A stretch of 64,000 nucleotides of DNA from positions 108,004,001 to 108,068,000 of the forward strand of contig NC_091477.1 of assembly GCF_036971445.1 (NCBI RefSeq), given 5' to 3'. Positions 49,840 through 62,959 of the stretch are shown here, piece by piece. Origin of the DNA: Narcine bancroftii. Its lineage: Eukaryota. Position 1 is the first letter of the stretch, and every line of letters begins with the position of its first letter. The translations under genes were made by a program, and so were the position numbers. The notes beneath the pieces are model-generated. The model worked only from the letters and a program-made list of their open reading frames with translations. It was not told the DNA's origin and searched no databases.

Positions 49840-51550
49840 GAAAATCACAAGATATAGGAACAGAAGCAGGCCCATTGGCCCATCAAGTCCGCTCTACCTT
49901 TCTAACCATGAGCAGATCCATCCTCCCACTGAGCCCCACTTCTGGGCTTTCTCCCCTTAACCCTTGTTGACCTGAATCATCAAATACTTGTCAATCTTTT
50001 CCCAATGACCTCACTTCCACAGCCACCTGTGGCAACGTTCCATAGACTCATGATCCTCTGACTATATAAATTTTTCTGCATCTTTGTTTTAAATTTATAC
50101 CCTTTTATCCTGAAGTTATGACCTCTTATCCTAGAATCCTCTACCATGGGAAATGTCCTTGCCACATCTGCTCTGTCCAAGGTTTTCAGCATTCGAAATG
50201 CCTCCATGAAGTCCCCCCTCATTCCTCTGTGTTCCAATAAATACAGTCCAAGAGCCAACAATCATTCCTCACGTGCTAACCCTTTCATTCCCAGTATCAT
50301 TCTAGTAAATCTTCTCCGGCAGCACGGCTTTTCTCAAATAAGGCACCCAAAACTGTATATGGTCCTCCAAGTGAGGTCTCACTAGTGCTTTATAGAGTCT
50401 CAACAATTCATCACAGCTCTTATATGCTGTCCCTCTCGAAATGAACGCCAACATTATATTCACCTTCATTACCACCAACTCAATCTGGAGGTTAACCTTT
50501 AGGGTATCCTGCTCGAGGACTCCCAAATCCTTTGCACTTCAGAATTTTGAATGTTCTCCCCATCTAAATAATAGTCTCTGCTGGTCTATTTCTTTTAGCA
50601 AAGTGCGTGACTGTCCACTTTCCAACAATACATTTCACCTGCCAGCTTTTTACCCTGGCATGGTTAGTGTAGTGGGTTGCGCAACACGGTTACCGCACTA
50701 CCCATCGAATCCTGCACTGTCTGTAAGGAGTTGGTGCATTCTCCCTATGTCTGCATGGGTTTTCCCCGGGGGTTCCAGTTTCCTTCCACTGTTCAAAATA
50801 TACCTGGGGTGTAGTTTAATTAAGTGTATTTGGGCAGCAAGGGCTCATGGGCCAAAATGGGCTATTACTGTGCTGTATTCTAAATTTAAATATTCTCTTA
50901 ATCTCTCCACAGCCTTTTGGTATCCTCAGCACCACCTGCCCTATCACCCATTTTGGTATAATCTGCAAATTTAGACACAAAGCCATCTATTCCATAATCC
51001 AACTAATTTATATTCAACATAAAAAGAAGTGGCCCCAACACCAACCCCTGCGGAACACCACTGGTAACTGGTGGCCAACCAGAATAGGATCCCTTTATTC
51101 CCACTTTTAGTTTCCTGCCGATTGGCCAATGCTCTGCCCATGCTAGTATCTCTCCTGTAATTCCATGGGCTCTCATCTTGTTTAGCAGCTTGACGTGTGG
51201 CGAATGCCTTTTGAAAGACCAAATCCACTGCATCTCCTCTGTCTATTCTATTCGTGATCTCTTCAAAAAAATTGCAATTGGTTTGTCAGGGATGATTTTC
51301 CTTTCAGAAAATCAAGCTGACTTGGGCCTATCTTTTCATGCACCTTCAGATATTCCGTAACCTCATCCTTGACAATTTACTCCAGCAGCTTCCCAACCAC
51401 CAATGTCTGGCTAATAGGTCTATAATTTCCTTTCTGCTGCCTCCCTCCCTTCTTAAACAGTCCTCCAGTCCACCAGAACCATGCCAGAACCCATTGATTC
51501 CTGGAAGATCATTGCCACAATCTCTACAGCTACCTCCTTCAGAACCCGAG
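49840..51550 (-). mobile_element. CR1 LINE RT fragment with a nested SINE (~50655-50890, plus strand)
   Basis: VTSGVPQGLVLGPLLF, LLRLYKALVRPHLEDHIQFW.PYLRK, LGLYLLEHRGMRGDFMEAFRML. Confidence 0.88.
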
Positions 51551-52379
51551 GGTGCATGCCACCTGGTACACCTTATCAACCCTTAGACCATTTAGTATCG
51601 TCTCTCATGATCTTGACCGCACTCACTTTGCCACGGTTACGTACTTACCTGCATCGGGCGTGGTGCTGGTCGCCGCTGATGACGTGCAGGAGTCATAGCA
51701 TGCACGCGCGGGTTCGTTAAGCAGCCAGCTTACAGGTGATGGACCTTGGATGCAGGAGGAAAAGAGTGAGAGTGTCGGGATCACCCATGTGAAAGTGAGC
51801 CAATGTGAAGATCAGAGGGTAGCGTTTGGGGGGCTGAAGAATGCCGTGTGGTGTCCGAAGAGAATAAAGAAAGTCGACTCCATTTTGCGATGAAAGAAAC
51901 GAGTGAGTGTATTCTTGATTTGTTTGTAAACAGTGTGCTTACAACTTTTCTTCCGAGAGAGCCGCAGTGAAGACTGATCCAAAATGGAAAGAAGAAGCAT
52001 TCAGGATGCCACGGAGAACCTTGGATCCAAGGGAGGTGTCAGATGGATCCTTTTATCACAAATCAACTGCCTGCTTTATCCCATTAAGCACCTCCTACAC
52101 CACTGACATTAGAATATGAGTGTCTCACCACGGATCTGAGTGGAAGCAAGACACTCTGCCCTGAGCTTGGAGCTTAAGAAGAACTGTCAATCCGCAGGAA
52201 TGACCAGCAATGGACAGTTATTGGCAGCTCCTGGCCCCAAATATCACATTCTATCAACACATTTTGGGGTAGAAGGCAAGTTGCCAGTTAGTGAGAGTTC
52301 CACTGACTCATGGCCAAAGTGAGGGAAAAGAGAAGGAAGCAAGAGGTGCAATCCAAAATTGGGGGCTGTCTTGAAGGGA

Positions 52380-52760
52380 CAGGGGGGGCGGGGCGTGCGC
52401 AAAGTGGGTGGCCCTCCAGGGGCGGGGGCTGGGCAAGGTGGGTGGGTTGTGGTGACAATCAGCCAGCAAAGTGGTGTGGCTGGGCGCAGGGCAAGAGCCG
52501 GTGGGGCGGCTGGGTTGCTGCCGGGCGGTGCGTGTGCGCGCTCTCGCGTGCGGCGGATCGGGCGATGCCGAGCGCCTGGCGGTGCTGCCTGATCTGCGGC
52601 TGGCTGCTCTGCTCGCTGCTGCCGGCGGGCGCGCGGCGATCCGGGGACGGCGCGGCTGCGGAGGGCGTATCTCGCGCCAGGTGCACCTCGCGCTGCCTGG
52701 CGCTGCACATCGTACACCTGAGCGCGAGCTTCAGGAGTCTGCAGGTAAGGCTGGCCCCTG
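52380..52760 (+). promoter_or_regulatory. CpG island promoter with GC boxes (anosmin gene)
   Basis: Sharp GC and CpG enrichment in an otherwise CpG-depleted window. GGGGCGGGG (Sp/KLF) at ~52385 and ~52419. Confidence 0.8.
52565..52744 (+). CDS. ANOS1: Anosmin (ANOS1/KAL1 family) coding exon 1: MPSAWRCCLICGWLLCSLLPAGARRSGDGAAAEGVSRARCTSRCLALHIVHLSASFRSLQ. Later exons not found in the window; may be the anos1b-type paralog.
   Basis: Signal peptide plus V.RARC.SRCL.L.I...SA.F...Q, matching recalled anosmin-1 exon 1. CAG|GTAAGG phase-0 donor; 180 nt. Confidence 0.85.
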
Positions 52761-54470
52761 GGTCTGGGGGGGGGGGGGGAGGGAGGGAGAGGGGACCCTG
52801 GGTCTGGGGAAGGGAGAGGGGGTCCCTGGGTCTGGGGAAGGGAGGGGGGGTCCCTGGGTCTAGGGAAGGGAGAGGAGTCCCTGGGTCTGGGGAAGGGAGA
52901 GGGGGTCCCTGGGTCTGGGGAAGGGAGAGGGGTCCCTGGGTCTGGGGAAGGGAGAGGGGGTCCCTGGGTCTGGGGAAGGGAGAGGGGGTCCCTGGGTCTG
53001 AGGGAAGGGAGAGGGGGTCCCTGGGTCTGGGGAAGGGAGGGGGGGTCCCTGGGTCTAGGGAAGGGAGAGGAGTCCCTGGGTCTGGGGAAGGGAGAGGGGG
53101 TCCCTGGGTCTGGGGAAGGGAGAGGGGTCCCTGGATCTGGGGAAGGGAGAGGGATCCCTGGATCTGGGGAGGGGAGAGGACTCCCTAGATATGGAGAAGG
53201 GAGAGGGGTCCCTGGGTCTGGGGAAGGGAGAGGGGGTCCCTGGGTCTGGGGAAGGGAGAGGGGTCCCTGGGTCTGGGGAAGGGAGAGGACTCCCTAGATA
53301 TGGGGAAGGGAGAGGGGTCCCTGGATCTGGGGGAAGGGAGAGGGGTCCCTGGGTCTGAGGGAAGGGAGAGGGGTCCCTGGGTCTGGGAAAGGGAGAGGGA
53401 TCCCTGGATCTGGGGAAGGGAGAGGGATCCCTGGATCTGGGGAGGGGAGAGGACTCCCTAGATATGGAGAAGGGAGAGGGGTCCTTGGGTCTGGGGAAGG
53501 GAGAGGGGTCCCTGGGTCTGGGGAAGGTAGAGGGGTCCCTGGGTCTGGGGAAGGGAGAGGGATCCCTGGGTCTAGGGAAGGGAGAGGGGTCTCTGGGTCT
53601 AGGGAGGGGAGAGGAGTCCCTGGGTCTGGGGAAGGGAGAGGGGTCCCTGGGTCTGAGGAAGGGAGAGGAGTCCCTGGGTCTGGGGAAGGGAGAGGGGTCC
53701 TTGGGTCTGGGGGGGGGGGGGGGGGGGGGAAGGGAGAGGGGACCCTGGATCTGTGGAAGGGAGAGGAGTCCCTGGATCTGGGGAAGGGAGAGGAGTCCCT
53801 GGGTCTGGGGAAGGGAGAGGGGTCCCTGGGTCTGGGGAAGGGAGAGTGGTCCCTGGGTCTGGGGAAGGGAGAGGGGTCCCTGGGTCTGGGGAAGGGAGAG
53901 GGATCCCTGGGTCTGGGGAAGGGAGAGGGGTCTCTGGGTCTAGGGAAGGGAGAGGAGTCCCTGGGTCTGGGGAAGGGAGAGGGGGTCCTTGGGTCTGGGG
54001 GGGAAGGGAGAGGGGACCCTGGATCTGGGGAAGGGAGAGGAGTCCCTGGATCTGGGGAAGGGAGAGGGGTCCTTGGGTCTGGGGGGGGAAGGGAGAGGGG
54101 ACCCTGGGTCTGGGGAAGGGAGAGGAGTCCCTGGGTCTGGGGAAGGGAGAGGAGTCCCTGGGTCTGGGGAAGGGAGAGGGGTCCCTTGGTCTGGGGAAGG
54201 GAGAGGGGTCCCTGGGTCTGAGGAAGGGAGAGGAGTCCCTGGGTCTGGGGAAGGGAGAGGGGTCCCTGGGTCTGGGGAAGGGAGAGGGGACCCTGGGTCT
54301 GGGGAAGGGAGAGGAGTCCCTGGGTCTGGGGAAGGGAGAGGGGGTCCCTGGGTCTGGGGAAGGGAGAGGGGTCCCTGGGTCTGGGGAAGTGAGAGGACTC
54401 CCTGGGTCTGGGGAAGGGAGAGGACTCCCTAGATATGGGGAGGAGAGAGGGGTCCTTGGATCTGGGGAGA
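52755..54470 (+). repeat. 27(-28)-bp G-rich minisatellite, about 60 copies, in anosmin intron 1
   Basis: Unit GGGTCTGGGGAAGGGAGAGGGGTCCCT. The 9-aa periodic ORFs (GSLGLGKGE, GVPGSGEGR, PWVWGRERG) confirm the period. Confidence 0.97.
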
Positions 54471-55160
54471 GGGATTCCTGGATTGGGGTGAAGGGGAAAT
54501 CCCTGGATCTGGGGAGAGAGAAGGGGAAATCCCTGGATTTGTCGAGGGGAAAGTGGTCCCTAGATCTAAAGAGAGGAGAGGGATCCCTGGATCTCAGGAG
54601 AGAGGGGGTCCCTGGACCTCAGGATCTGGGGAGAGACAGGGTTCCTTTATCTTGGGAGAGAAGAGGGAACTGTGGATCTCAGGAGAGTGATCCATGTATT
54701 TCGGGAGAGGAGAGGGATCCCTAAACCTCAGGAAGGAAGAGGAATCCCAGGATCTTGGGAGAGGACAAGGATGGGGATCCATGGATCTTGAAAGAGGGGA
54801 GGGATCATTGGATCTCAGAAGGGATCCCTGGATCTCAGGAGAGGAGAGGAATAGCTGCATTTGGCAAAAGAAGGAGCTCTTGCATTATGAGAGGCGAATC
54901 CTGGGTATAGGATCAGGCAAATCCCTACATCTAGGGAGAGAAGCGGGAATCACTGGATCTCAGGAGGAGGGAAATTCCCTAGTTCTGGGGGAGAAATAAT
55001 GAAAGAGGATTCCTGAATACAAGGTGAGATAATTGGGGGTTCCAGGAAGTGATAATCCCTCGATCTTGTAGGGGAGAGAGAAATCCTGAGACTGGGAAGA
55101 GGATTGGGGATCAGGGAAATCCCTAGACCTGGGAGAAGAGCGGGGGTTTCTTGAATGTGC
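54471..55160 (+). repeat. Degenerate older extension of the minisatellite
   Basis: Recurrent ..atccctggatct(c/g)ggga(g)ag.. units that diverge progressively. More remnants at ~55570-55650. Confidence 0.75.
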
Positions 55161-55934
55161 GAGAGAAGGGAGATTCCTGAGTCAGTGGATATACAGATAC
55201 CATTTATGCAATAAAACAGATACATAATATTACATGAAATTGCCTTGAGTCTACCATAAGCCAGAAAAAGATTCATAGCATTGACATTGTGCAATACCAC
55301 TTACACTCAGAGAAAAAGAAGCAAAAGAGAGTTTCTCCCCACCCCCCAGAAGGATTCTCTTGGAAATACAAGAGGTTGTTCCTGATTCTATAAAATAAGT
55401 GAGATTGCATGTACTGTGGAAAAGAAATATCAAATAGCAGGCACTGGGTAGAGAGATCATTCTTGGATCCGCAAAGCTGCAAGTAGCAAAGGGAATTCAT
55501 AGATCTAAGAAGAGATAAAAAGGCCACTCTGGATCTAGTGAGAGGAAGGAAATCTGTGAACCAAGACAGAAAGAGGGGATCCCTGGATATTGGGGGAGGG
55601 GAGATGAGTTTAAGATGAGAAAAGGAAGGAATCCCTGGATATTGGACAACATCCCCTTTGGGCATAGACATCTAGTGCAAAAAGGCATAAAAGTCGAAGA
55701 CCTGAATGATTCTAACCCTCCTATTTAGCTACCTCAGAAAGTGAAAATCTGTTTTGGCAAAACTGATTTTTATGGCTTTTCCCAATAGTTGTTACAACTA
55801 GGAAATCGTTAAGGTACAGAAACAAGGATATAAAGTGGAATCAGCTCTCAATTATATCTTTGCACTGGATTCCCACTATCAAACCCTAATCCTGGAGAAC
55901 AGGAAGGGGAAAAATAACATTTAAGACTTTCTGT

Positions 55935-58050
55935 ATTCAAGTTTATGATCACCGGACTGTACAACCTGACAAAACAGCATTCTCTGGTTCTTGGAACAAA
56001 AACATGCAAACACATAACCAGGCATAATACATATGCAGATAAGTGATGCATATGCAGAACTTATATAAAAATAAATATTGTTTAATAAATAGTAGCATCT
56101 CAGCAGGTTAGTGTGAGCAGTTAATTCAGCATTCCCAGCCTGCTGGTTCTGGCTCTGATATCCCTGTATCTCTCCCAACTGGAGCAGAGAAAGATACTGT
56201 GTGTGGGTTGGTAGAGGTCTGTTGTGTTCAAGAATAGGTTTGATGGATTCAAAGAGAATCAAGGCTGGACACATGGGCTTTATTTACGCACAGAGGAAGT
56301 CACTAAAGGGCACACAGATCAGGTGCAAATAAATCACTACTGAACATTCTCAACTCCTGATTGGGATTGTGAGGGTTGAACACACAATACCATCAACTCA
56401 CTCTACCTCTAGCAGGCACAGCACACTAACAAACAGTAAATTCATTACAACTAACAAGTATACCAAATGAACCTGGTCTCTAGCATCACCCACAGCTTGG
56501 GATCCAGGACAGGCTCATTGCATTCGGCCCTCTGGAGCTGCCTGTGGCCTGCAGCCTAGAATTCAGAGATGATCTACATGCAACAGCAGCAAACAAAGAG
56601 AGAGGGGGCAGAGACTGCACGAGCTCGGCTTTTTCAGTGCAAGATCCATCCACATGACCTGCAAGGACCAATCATGCATAAGCCTCATCTGTGGGAAAAT
56701 CTAACCCTTGACTGGCAGATGAGGTGACTTCTGACGAGGGTCCAACCAGAGGGGTCACATGACTCTCTGCAAACCACATTCCTACCTGATTCCAGACAGA
56801 GAGACCACATTATCCTCACAATCCACACTTCCACCAGGTTCCAGATGACGAGACTACATGGGCCTCCACAATCCACACTGCGGGGTCCTCAAAGATTTTG
56901 CACCCCCCTCTTCAAACTTCAGTCTTGGTAGATTACTTCTTTGTTGGGGTGGGGGTGGGGGGAGCCCCCAGTGATCCTCTCTGCTGCTCTTATGGTTGTG
57001 TGGATTAACCTCTGATCTAATTTTCTACGGCAACCATACCACACTGTGATGCAGCCAGCCAGAATACTCTCGATAGCACTCCTATAGAAAGTTGACAGAA
57101 TGGTGGCTGGTAATCTTGCCTACCTTAGTCTTCTCCTGACAAGTAAGGAGATGTGAATCTAGAAAAGGTCACTTTTTAAGTGGACTGCAAGGCACTTGGT
57201 TCTCTTTAGTCTCTCTACTACCGAATTATTAATGTGTAGTGATGGGTGGTCGTTCCTGGTCCTCTTGAAGTCCACAATCATCTTTATTGTCTTATCCACA
57301 TTGAGCCTCAGTTTGTTATTCTCGTGCCATATCACGAGGCTTTGCACCTCTTCTCTATAGTGTGACTCATCATTATTGATGATGAGCCCAACTACTGTTG
57401 TGTCATCTGCAAACTTGAAGACTCTGATGGAGCTAGATCTGACAGTGCAGTTGTGGGTCAGTAGCATGTGTGATGGTGCTTGACGTTCTGCTGCCAAGGC
57501 GGACAGACTGTGGTCTTTCAATGAGGAAGTCTGGAATCCAGTTATAGAGATCAGTGTTGAATCCCAGCATGGGCAGCTTCTCCACCAGCCTCTGAAGAAT
57601 TATCATATTAAATGCTGAACTGATTTTGATGAATAGCAGCCTAGCGTATGAGGCGTCATTCTCCAGGTGGTTCAGGATGGAGTAGATGGGCAAGACTATA
57701 GCATCATCAGTGTTTCTTCTATAGCCGAATTAAAATGGGTCCATCTCTCTGGGAGGTATACTTTGATGCTTTCTTTCTCCTAACCCTCCTTGCATTTCAA
57801 AATGAAGGTCAGTGCCATGGGGCAGCAGTCATTGAGGCCTGTTACAGTTGCCCTCTTTGGTACCAGGGTGATAGTAGCTTGAAACCCACAGGGACGATGG
57901 ACTGCTGCAGTGACATGCTGAAGATGTCCTTAAGGACCTCTGTTAGTTGGTCCAAGTAGTCCTTCAGTACCTGACTAGGTATGTTGTCAGGCATTGCTGC
58001 CATTTATGGGTTCACCTTGGATTGGGTTCCCCTCACCTCAGTCGCACCTA
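55935..58050 (-). mobile_element. Rex1/Babar-type LINE RT fragment interrupted by an LTR-like insert
   Basis: LNHLENDASYARLLFI..SSAFNMI; FKFADDTTVVGLIINNDESHYREEV...LNVDKT..MIVDFKR. Confidence 0.85.
56220..56913 (-). mobile_element. Probable 3' LTR with its polypurine tract
   Basis: On the minus strand GAAGAGGGGGG directly precedes TG (56902). The segment ends in ..AACACAACA at 56220, with AATAAA about 60 nt before the end. It interrupts the Rex1 copy. Confidence 0.5.
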
Positions 58051-58494
58051 TGGATTATTAAGTGAAGGAAAATTCCTTACAATGGATTAAAGATTATGAA
58101 AGATTTTTTTAAATTCAGTCATCGAATAGAAATTATCCACCAACAGAGAGATTAGGAATCACAATGTGAAAATCTTATATTTTTTGCGTAATTGTCTTCA
58201 AATGTTTTAACAGTCAGATTCCACAATTTTCTTTCCTAAGATAGAAGGCCTGATGAAATATTTTACTTGTTTGGAGGATAGTTTCAGGTAGTGTCAGAAT
58301 TCCTTTTAAAATCAACTGGTATTTCTCCATATATTGTCATGGAAATTTAACCAAATTCAGGCAGTTCTTTAAACTCATTTGCAAAACTTAGTAGAGTGTA
58401 GAAAGTGAAAGAAGCCAGTCATGTCACAGATCTTTCACAAAATTTGATTTAGCATTTTTTACCTTTCTAGTCCATTGCACATTATCAATGCCTT

Positions 58495-58700
58495 TACATT
58501 GCCAGCAACTGGGACAAGGGTTCGAATCCCACGCTGCCTGTAAGGAGTTTGTACATTTTTCTTGTCTCTGCATGGGTTTTCTCTGGGGGCTCTAGTTTCC
58601 TCCCACCGTTCAAAACATAGATTTACTTGAGTATAAATTGGGAGTCATGGACTCATGGGCTGAAATGGCTTGTTACCGTGCTGTATGTCTAAAAAATTTT
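58495..58700 (+). mobile_element. V-domain-type SINE
   Basis: gggttcgaatccc B box followed by the ctgtaaggagtttgtacatt core. Confidence 0.8.
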
Positions 58701-59278
58701 TTTAATTAAATATTAGTTTTCTTGGGAACAAGACACTTCTGTGTTTCCAATATGTCATCAATATATTTAACAGTTTCCCTCAAATCCTAGAATTGTCTCA
58801 GAGATTCCATTCCTCATGGATCCCAAAACCATCACTGTACCCACAAATCTCCAACAACCAATCTCATTCCGTATCCTGTACCATGAGACCAGTCCTCACC
58901 AAGGAACAGATATCTGCCTTCTTTGCACTATTCTTGACTATCTCAGAGTAAATGTAATCCATCTTCCTGAGCACCTTGAGCTTCCAAAAACAAAACCTAA
59001 AATTGTTAACTTGAACCTGCCACGCTGTCCACCATGTGTGTGTTTGCAGACACTAAACTTTTGATTTTACTTCATTTTTTTTTGGAGAAGGAAACAACAC
59101 GCTGCTTTACAACAATATTTTTTCTTGGGATCATTCTAAGATAAATATTCTGGTGAGTATTGCTTTCAGGATTAGGTAATGGCTGTGCATAAAGATTTAA
59201 GGGGCTCTGTGCCAACAACTTTCTCAATATGCACAGGATTTACAATCTGACCAAACTAATACACCTGCATTAAGAATA

Positions 59279-59956
59279 ATGGCAATCCCCAGGTTAAAAA
59301 TGAGTTGCATTACCTAGGTCTGTCTTTAATTAGGATTTGTATGCAAGTCGAAAAGGTACATATAGTCTTTATTTAGTGTCAGTTCGTCAAATGTTTATCT
59401 TAGTATATAGTGTATATCTTTCCTTTCTTTGCATATAAAACACCTCAATACACTAAAATATCTTAAACATAATAATTCAATACATATTATCCCTCACAAG
59501 AGAACATGATGAACTCTCTTGCAATACTGGGCAATGACAATGCACTGACCCTAACCCCATTGTCTCCAGCATCTTCATTTGCTTCCTCCCCCGTCTTGCT
59601 CGCTTGTTCCCTCCCTCCCTCCTGCTTACCCGCTCGCCCTCTATCCTGCTTGCTCGCTCCCCCCTCCCACTCGCTCACTCACCCCACCTCTGCTCACTCA
59701 CCCATCCTCTGCTCACTCATTCCCCCCCTCCCACTCGTTCACTCACCCCCCCCCCACTTGCTCACTCACTCCCCCCTCCTTCCGCTCACTTGCTCTCCCC
59801 TCCCTTTCACCTTGTTGGGTGATGGCATCGTCGCGTGTGAGTGTCCTGCAGCATAACCATGCTCAAACTAGAAGTTCAAAACATTCTACTTCTGGTTGAC
59901 TTTTTGGAATGTATGATTTCTTCATAGTTCGGCGTTTTCAACCTGGGGACTGCCTG
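59279..59956. mobile_element. Tigger/pogo-like non-autonomous DNA transposon
   Basis: TIRs ggcaatccccaggtt / aacctggggactgcctg, the right one followed by TA. Contains a C/T-rich low-complexity tract at 59580-59810. Confidence 0.7.
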
Positions 59957-62900
59957 TAAGCAGTTTAAAAGATAAAAAATACTACACTGAACATGCTTCA
60001 CTTTTTTTTTTAATTTTCAGTCACATTCTTTGAAAACATTTAACTGTTGCTGCATTTACAGGTTCCTCCTGCTCTACAAAGCCATCCAAAAAACATATGA
60101 TAACATTATAAAATAATTAAATCCCCCACCCCCCAAGTTTACAAATAAAGCCTCTGATTGAGTGAATCTTACTAAGCAGAGAAAAGGAGACACTTTAAGA
60201 GAGTCACATAATGACATCAACCAGTTCTTCATCCTGGGCAACACCATTGCTGTTTCAAACAGCTGCTACAAGCAAAGCATGATCAAGGCTCTGCACTGGC
60301 TGAATATTTACTCTAGTCTTCACCAAAGGTTTACGTGTTACTTCAGGGAACATTTACTTTTACAATTTTAAACTTACATATTTTACTTATTATTCTATTC
60401 TTATTTATTTTAATTTTTAAAATTTATTTTGCCAGTTGCTTTATGTGGTGTCAAGGCTGATCAGCCAATTGTGTTGAATAATTTCTGGAGGCATGCAGTA
60501 AAGTGCTGACTAATTAAAATTGTAAGGGAAAGCTAATTAATGGTTAAGGCTTGCAGCTGCAATAAAAGAAGAAATTAAATATTAAGATAAAATGATAAAA
60601 ATACACTTAAAATTACATTTTTTAACCATGGAATAGAATGGATGAAATCACCTTATAAAAGTGTGTTTGGAGCTGGAGAGGTGATTCAGCAAAATTTGTA
60701 ATTTTATACATGTTGACAGTAATAGTTCGATCAGTGAGAATTTCTATTTAGCATTTTTTTTGCAGCAAGAATATTGCATAAAAGTTTACACTAACACCAA
60801 ATTATTGATTCTGTGCCATTTAATCTACGAGGAAGAAGGGAATCCCATTCAGCATCGACCAGATTGTGTGGATACTGAAAGCTGTTCCCAGTTCTACGTA
60901 GCAATGTGGCATCAGACTTTGTCATTACATCAGCAAGCATTTGGCCCTACTAATAATCAAGGCTTAATTTTATTGAAAAGTACAATAGAAACAGTCAATT
61001 TAATCTCAAAATTAGTTCAAGGCATCTGCATCACATATTTGTCAATAAACTTGATGATGCATTGCATCTATAATAGCATAACATCCTTATAGTATCTCCT
61101 CTGTCCAGATGGGCAATAATGGATAACTTTCATGGGCAATAAATGTTTATAATTTTGCAGCTAAATATTCCATTTTCTAAATTAGCTTTAAAGCTGGCTG
61201 AATACTTCATTATTTATAACAGAATCTTAATTTAAAATTGCTTTTTAAGATTCATCAAAATGCTTTGGATTTTTAAGTTATGCTCAATTATGTTTAAATA
61301 CTGTAAAAGCCAAAATTATAGTACCACCTGTTAATTTGTACTTAAATTAAATGCATCTTGGAAGAATACCTGTGTGTTATACTGAATTGTCCATCATTTT
61401 TATAACTACTGCTGTTCAGAAATTAGAAAGGTAAAACATCTTCTGCTTGTTAAGGACTCCTCAGAAGAAATCTGTGCAGAATTCTGAATGAGTGTGGAAG
61501 AATAAAAACAAAAGTGAGTACTGAACTAGAGGTCAGGATTTTTTTTAAAAGAAAGCACTTTCATCTTAGTCCATGATAAAGAATTCACTTAAGTGCAATG
61601 ACATTGATCTGTTTTTTTGGGGGGTAGGCTGGGGGTGGGGTGAGAACCTTTGTGTGAATGTAATAAAACAGAAGCTTTTTGTTAATTTTCTCACTGACGT
61701 TTACAAGTTACTTCAGCTTCGATTGAATTCCTGTTGGTCATGTATTAGTTGAATAGTAAATCACAAGTATCATTTGAAGCCCAGCATAAATGTTTCCTTC
61801 ACTGCGGGTCCTTATGCCATTAAAGGGTTGATTTCACAAACTTTTAATAAACCATGGAGCTTTTCATGCCAGGAATACTTGCCAGGAATTTGGACAGGAA
61901 GGTTAGAGATCCCCTCAGGATCTTATATCCATTAATTTTAATATTGCAAAACCCCGTGTTCTCTATACTTTGTTGATAGTGTTTGGTCCATAAGAAAAGC
62001 TTCTGCTAGAAGCAGTGTAATCTACTTATCCATCTCTAGAAGTTGCAACATCATATAAATGTCTTTATCTTTGTTTAAAAGTTGACAGGTGGCTTCTAAT
62101 TTGCATTAACATTTGAATTAACTTTTGATACAATTGTGGAACAAATTCTGTAATGTAGCTGAGAAACAAACAAAATATTGAGGAATTCAGCGAGTCATGC
62201 AGCATTCAGAAACAGCAAATTATAGTCCATGTCATTGCCCATCTTTTGCCTTCCATGGAAGCTGCCTGGCCTGCTAAGTATCTTCAACTGTTTCAAAGTT
62301 TAACTTTATTGTCAGAGTACATACATGACATCACATACAACCCTGGGATTCTTTTTTTCCTGTGGGCCAGGCAGAATTGTGTGCTTCTCCAGTTTATCAC
62401 CATCTGTAGTCTTTCTTGTTTACCTGATATACCAGAAAACTAAAAAAAAATGTTTTGGTTAATTGTGCAGGTGAAACAACTACTTATCCTGGATGTAACA
62501 CAGATGAAAACATTTGTGGTTTTACTCACATTGCTGTAGACTACTGTTGCACATTGAATGTTTGATATCAATTATACTGCAGCTCAGTTGTTAGTCACCT
62601 CTTCACTAATTCTGCAGTTGTGATCTGGTAACTTAAGTATGTAATACAGGTTGAAACTCCACCACAATACTGAGGATAGACTAAATTGTTGGAGATGCTC
62701 TCTTCTAACTACAATATTTTTTTTCCTCATGTGGACATGCATGATCCAATGGGATTGCTTCAAATAACAGAATAGAAAATCTACAGTGTCCCAATCAATA
62801 ATTATTTTTGAAGCAAAATTGTTAATACAGATCAACAAGTCATTATCAACTACCGGTAGTTCTCTGTGGGAATTTGCAGTGGTCAAATTGCCTGCTGTAT

Positions 62901-62959
62901 CTGAGTACTAATTGGCTGTTATGCCTGAGTATGCTTCAACAGTACTCATAGTTTGATGC

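Noticed and set aside
52755-54470. Possible CRISPR-like array
   Set aside because: The units are head-to-tail with no unique spacers, there are no cas genes, and the context is a vertebrate intron.
52310-54724. Long Gly-rich ORFs (292, 159, 323 and 147 aa)
   Set aside because: They arise from a largely stop-free 27-bp minisatellite. Only 52565-52744 is supported as coding, and it ends at a strong splice donor.
59487-59899. Pro/Ser/His-rich ORFs
   Set aside because: They come from a low-complexity C/T tract inside a Tigger-like element.
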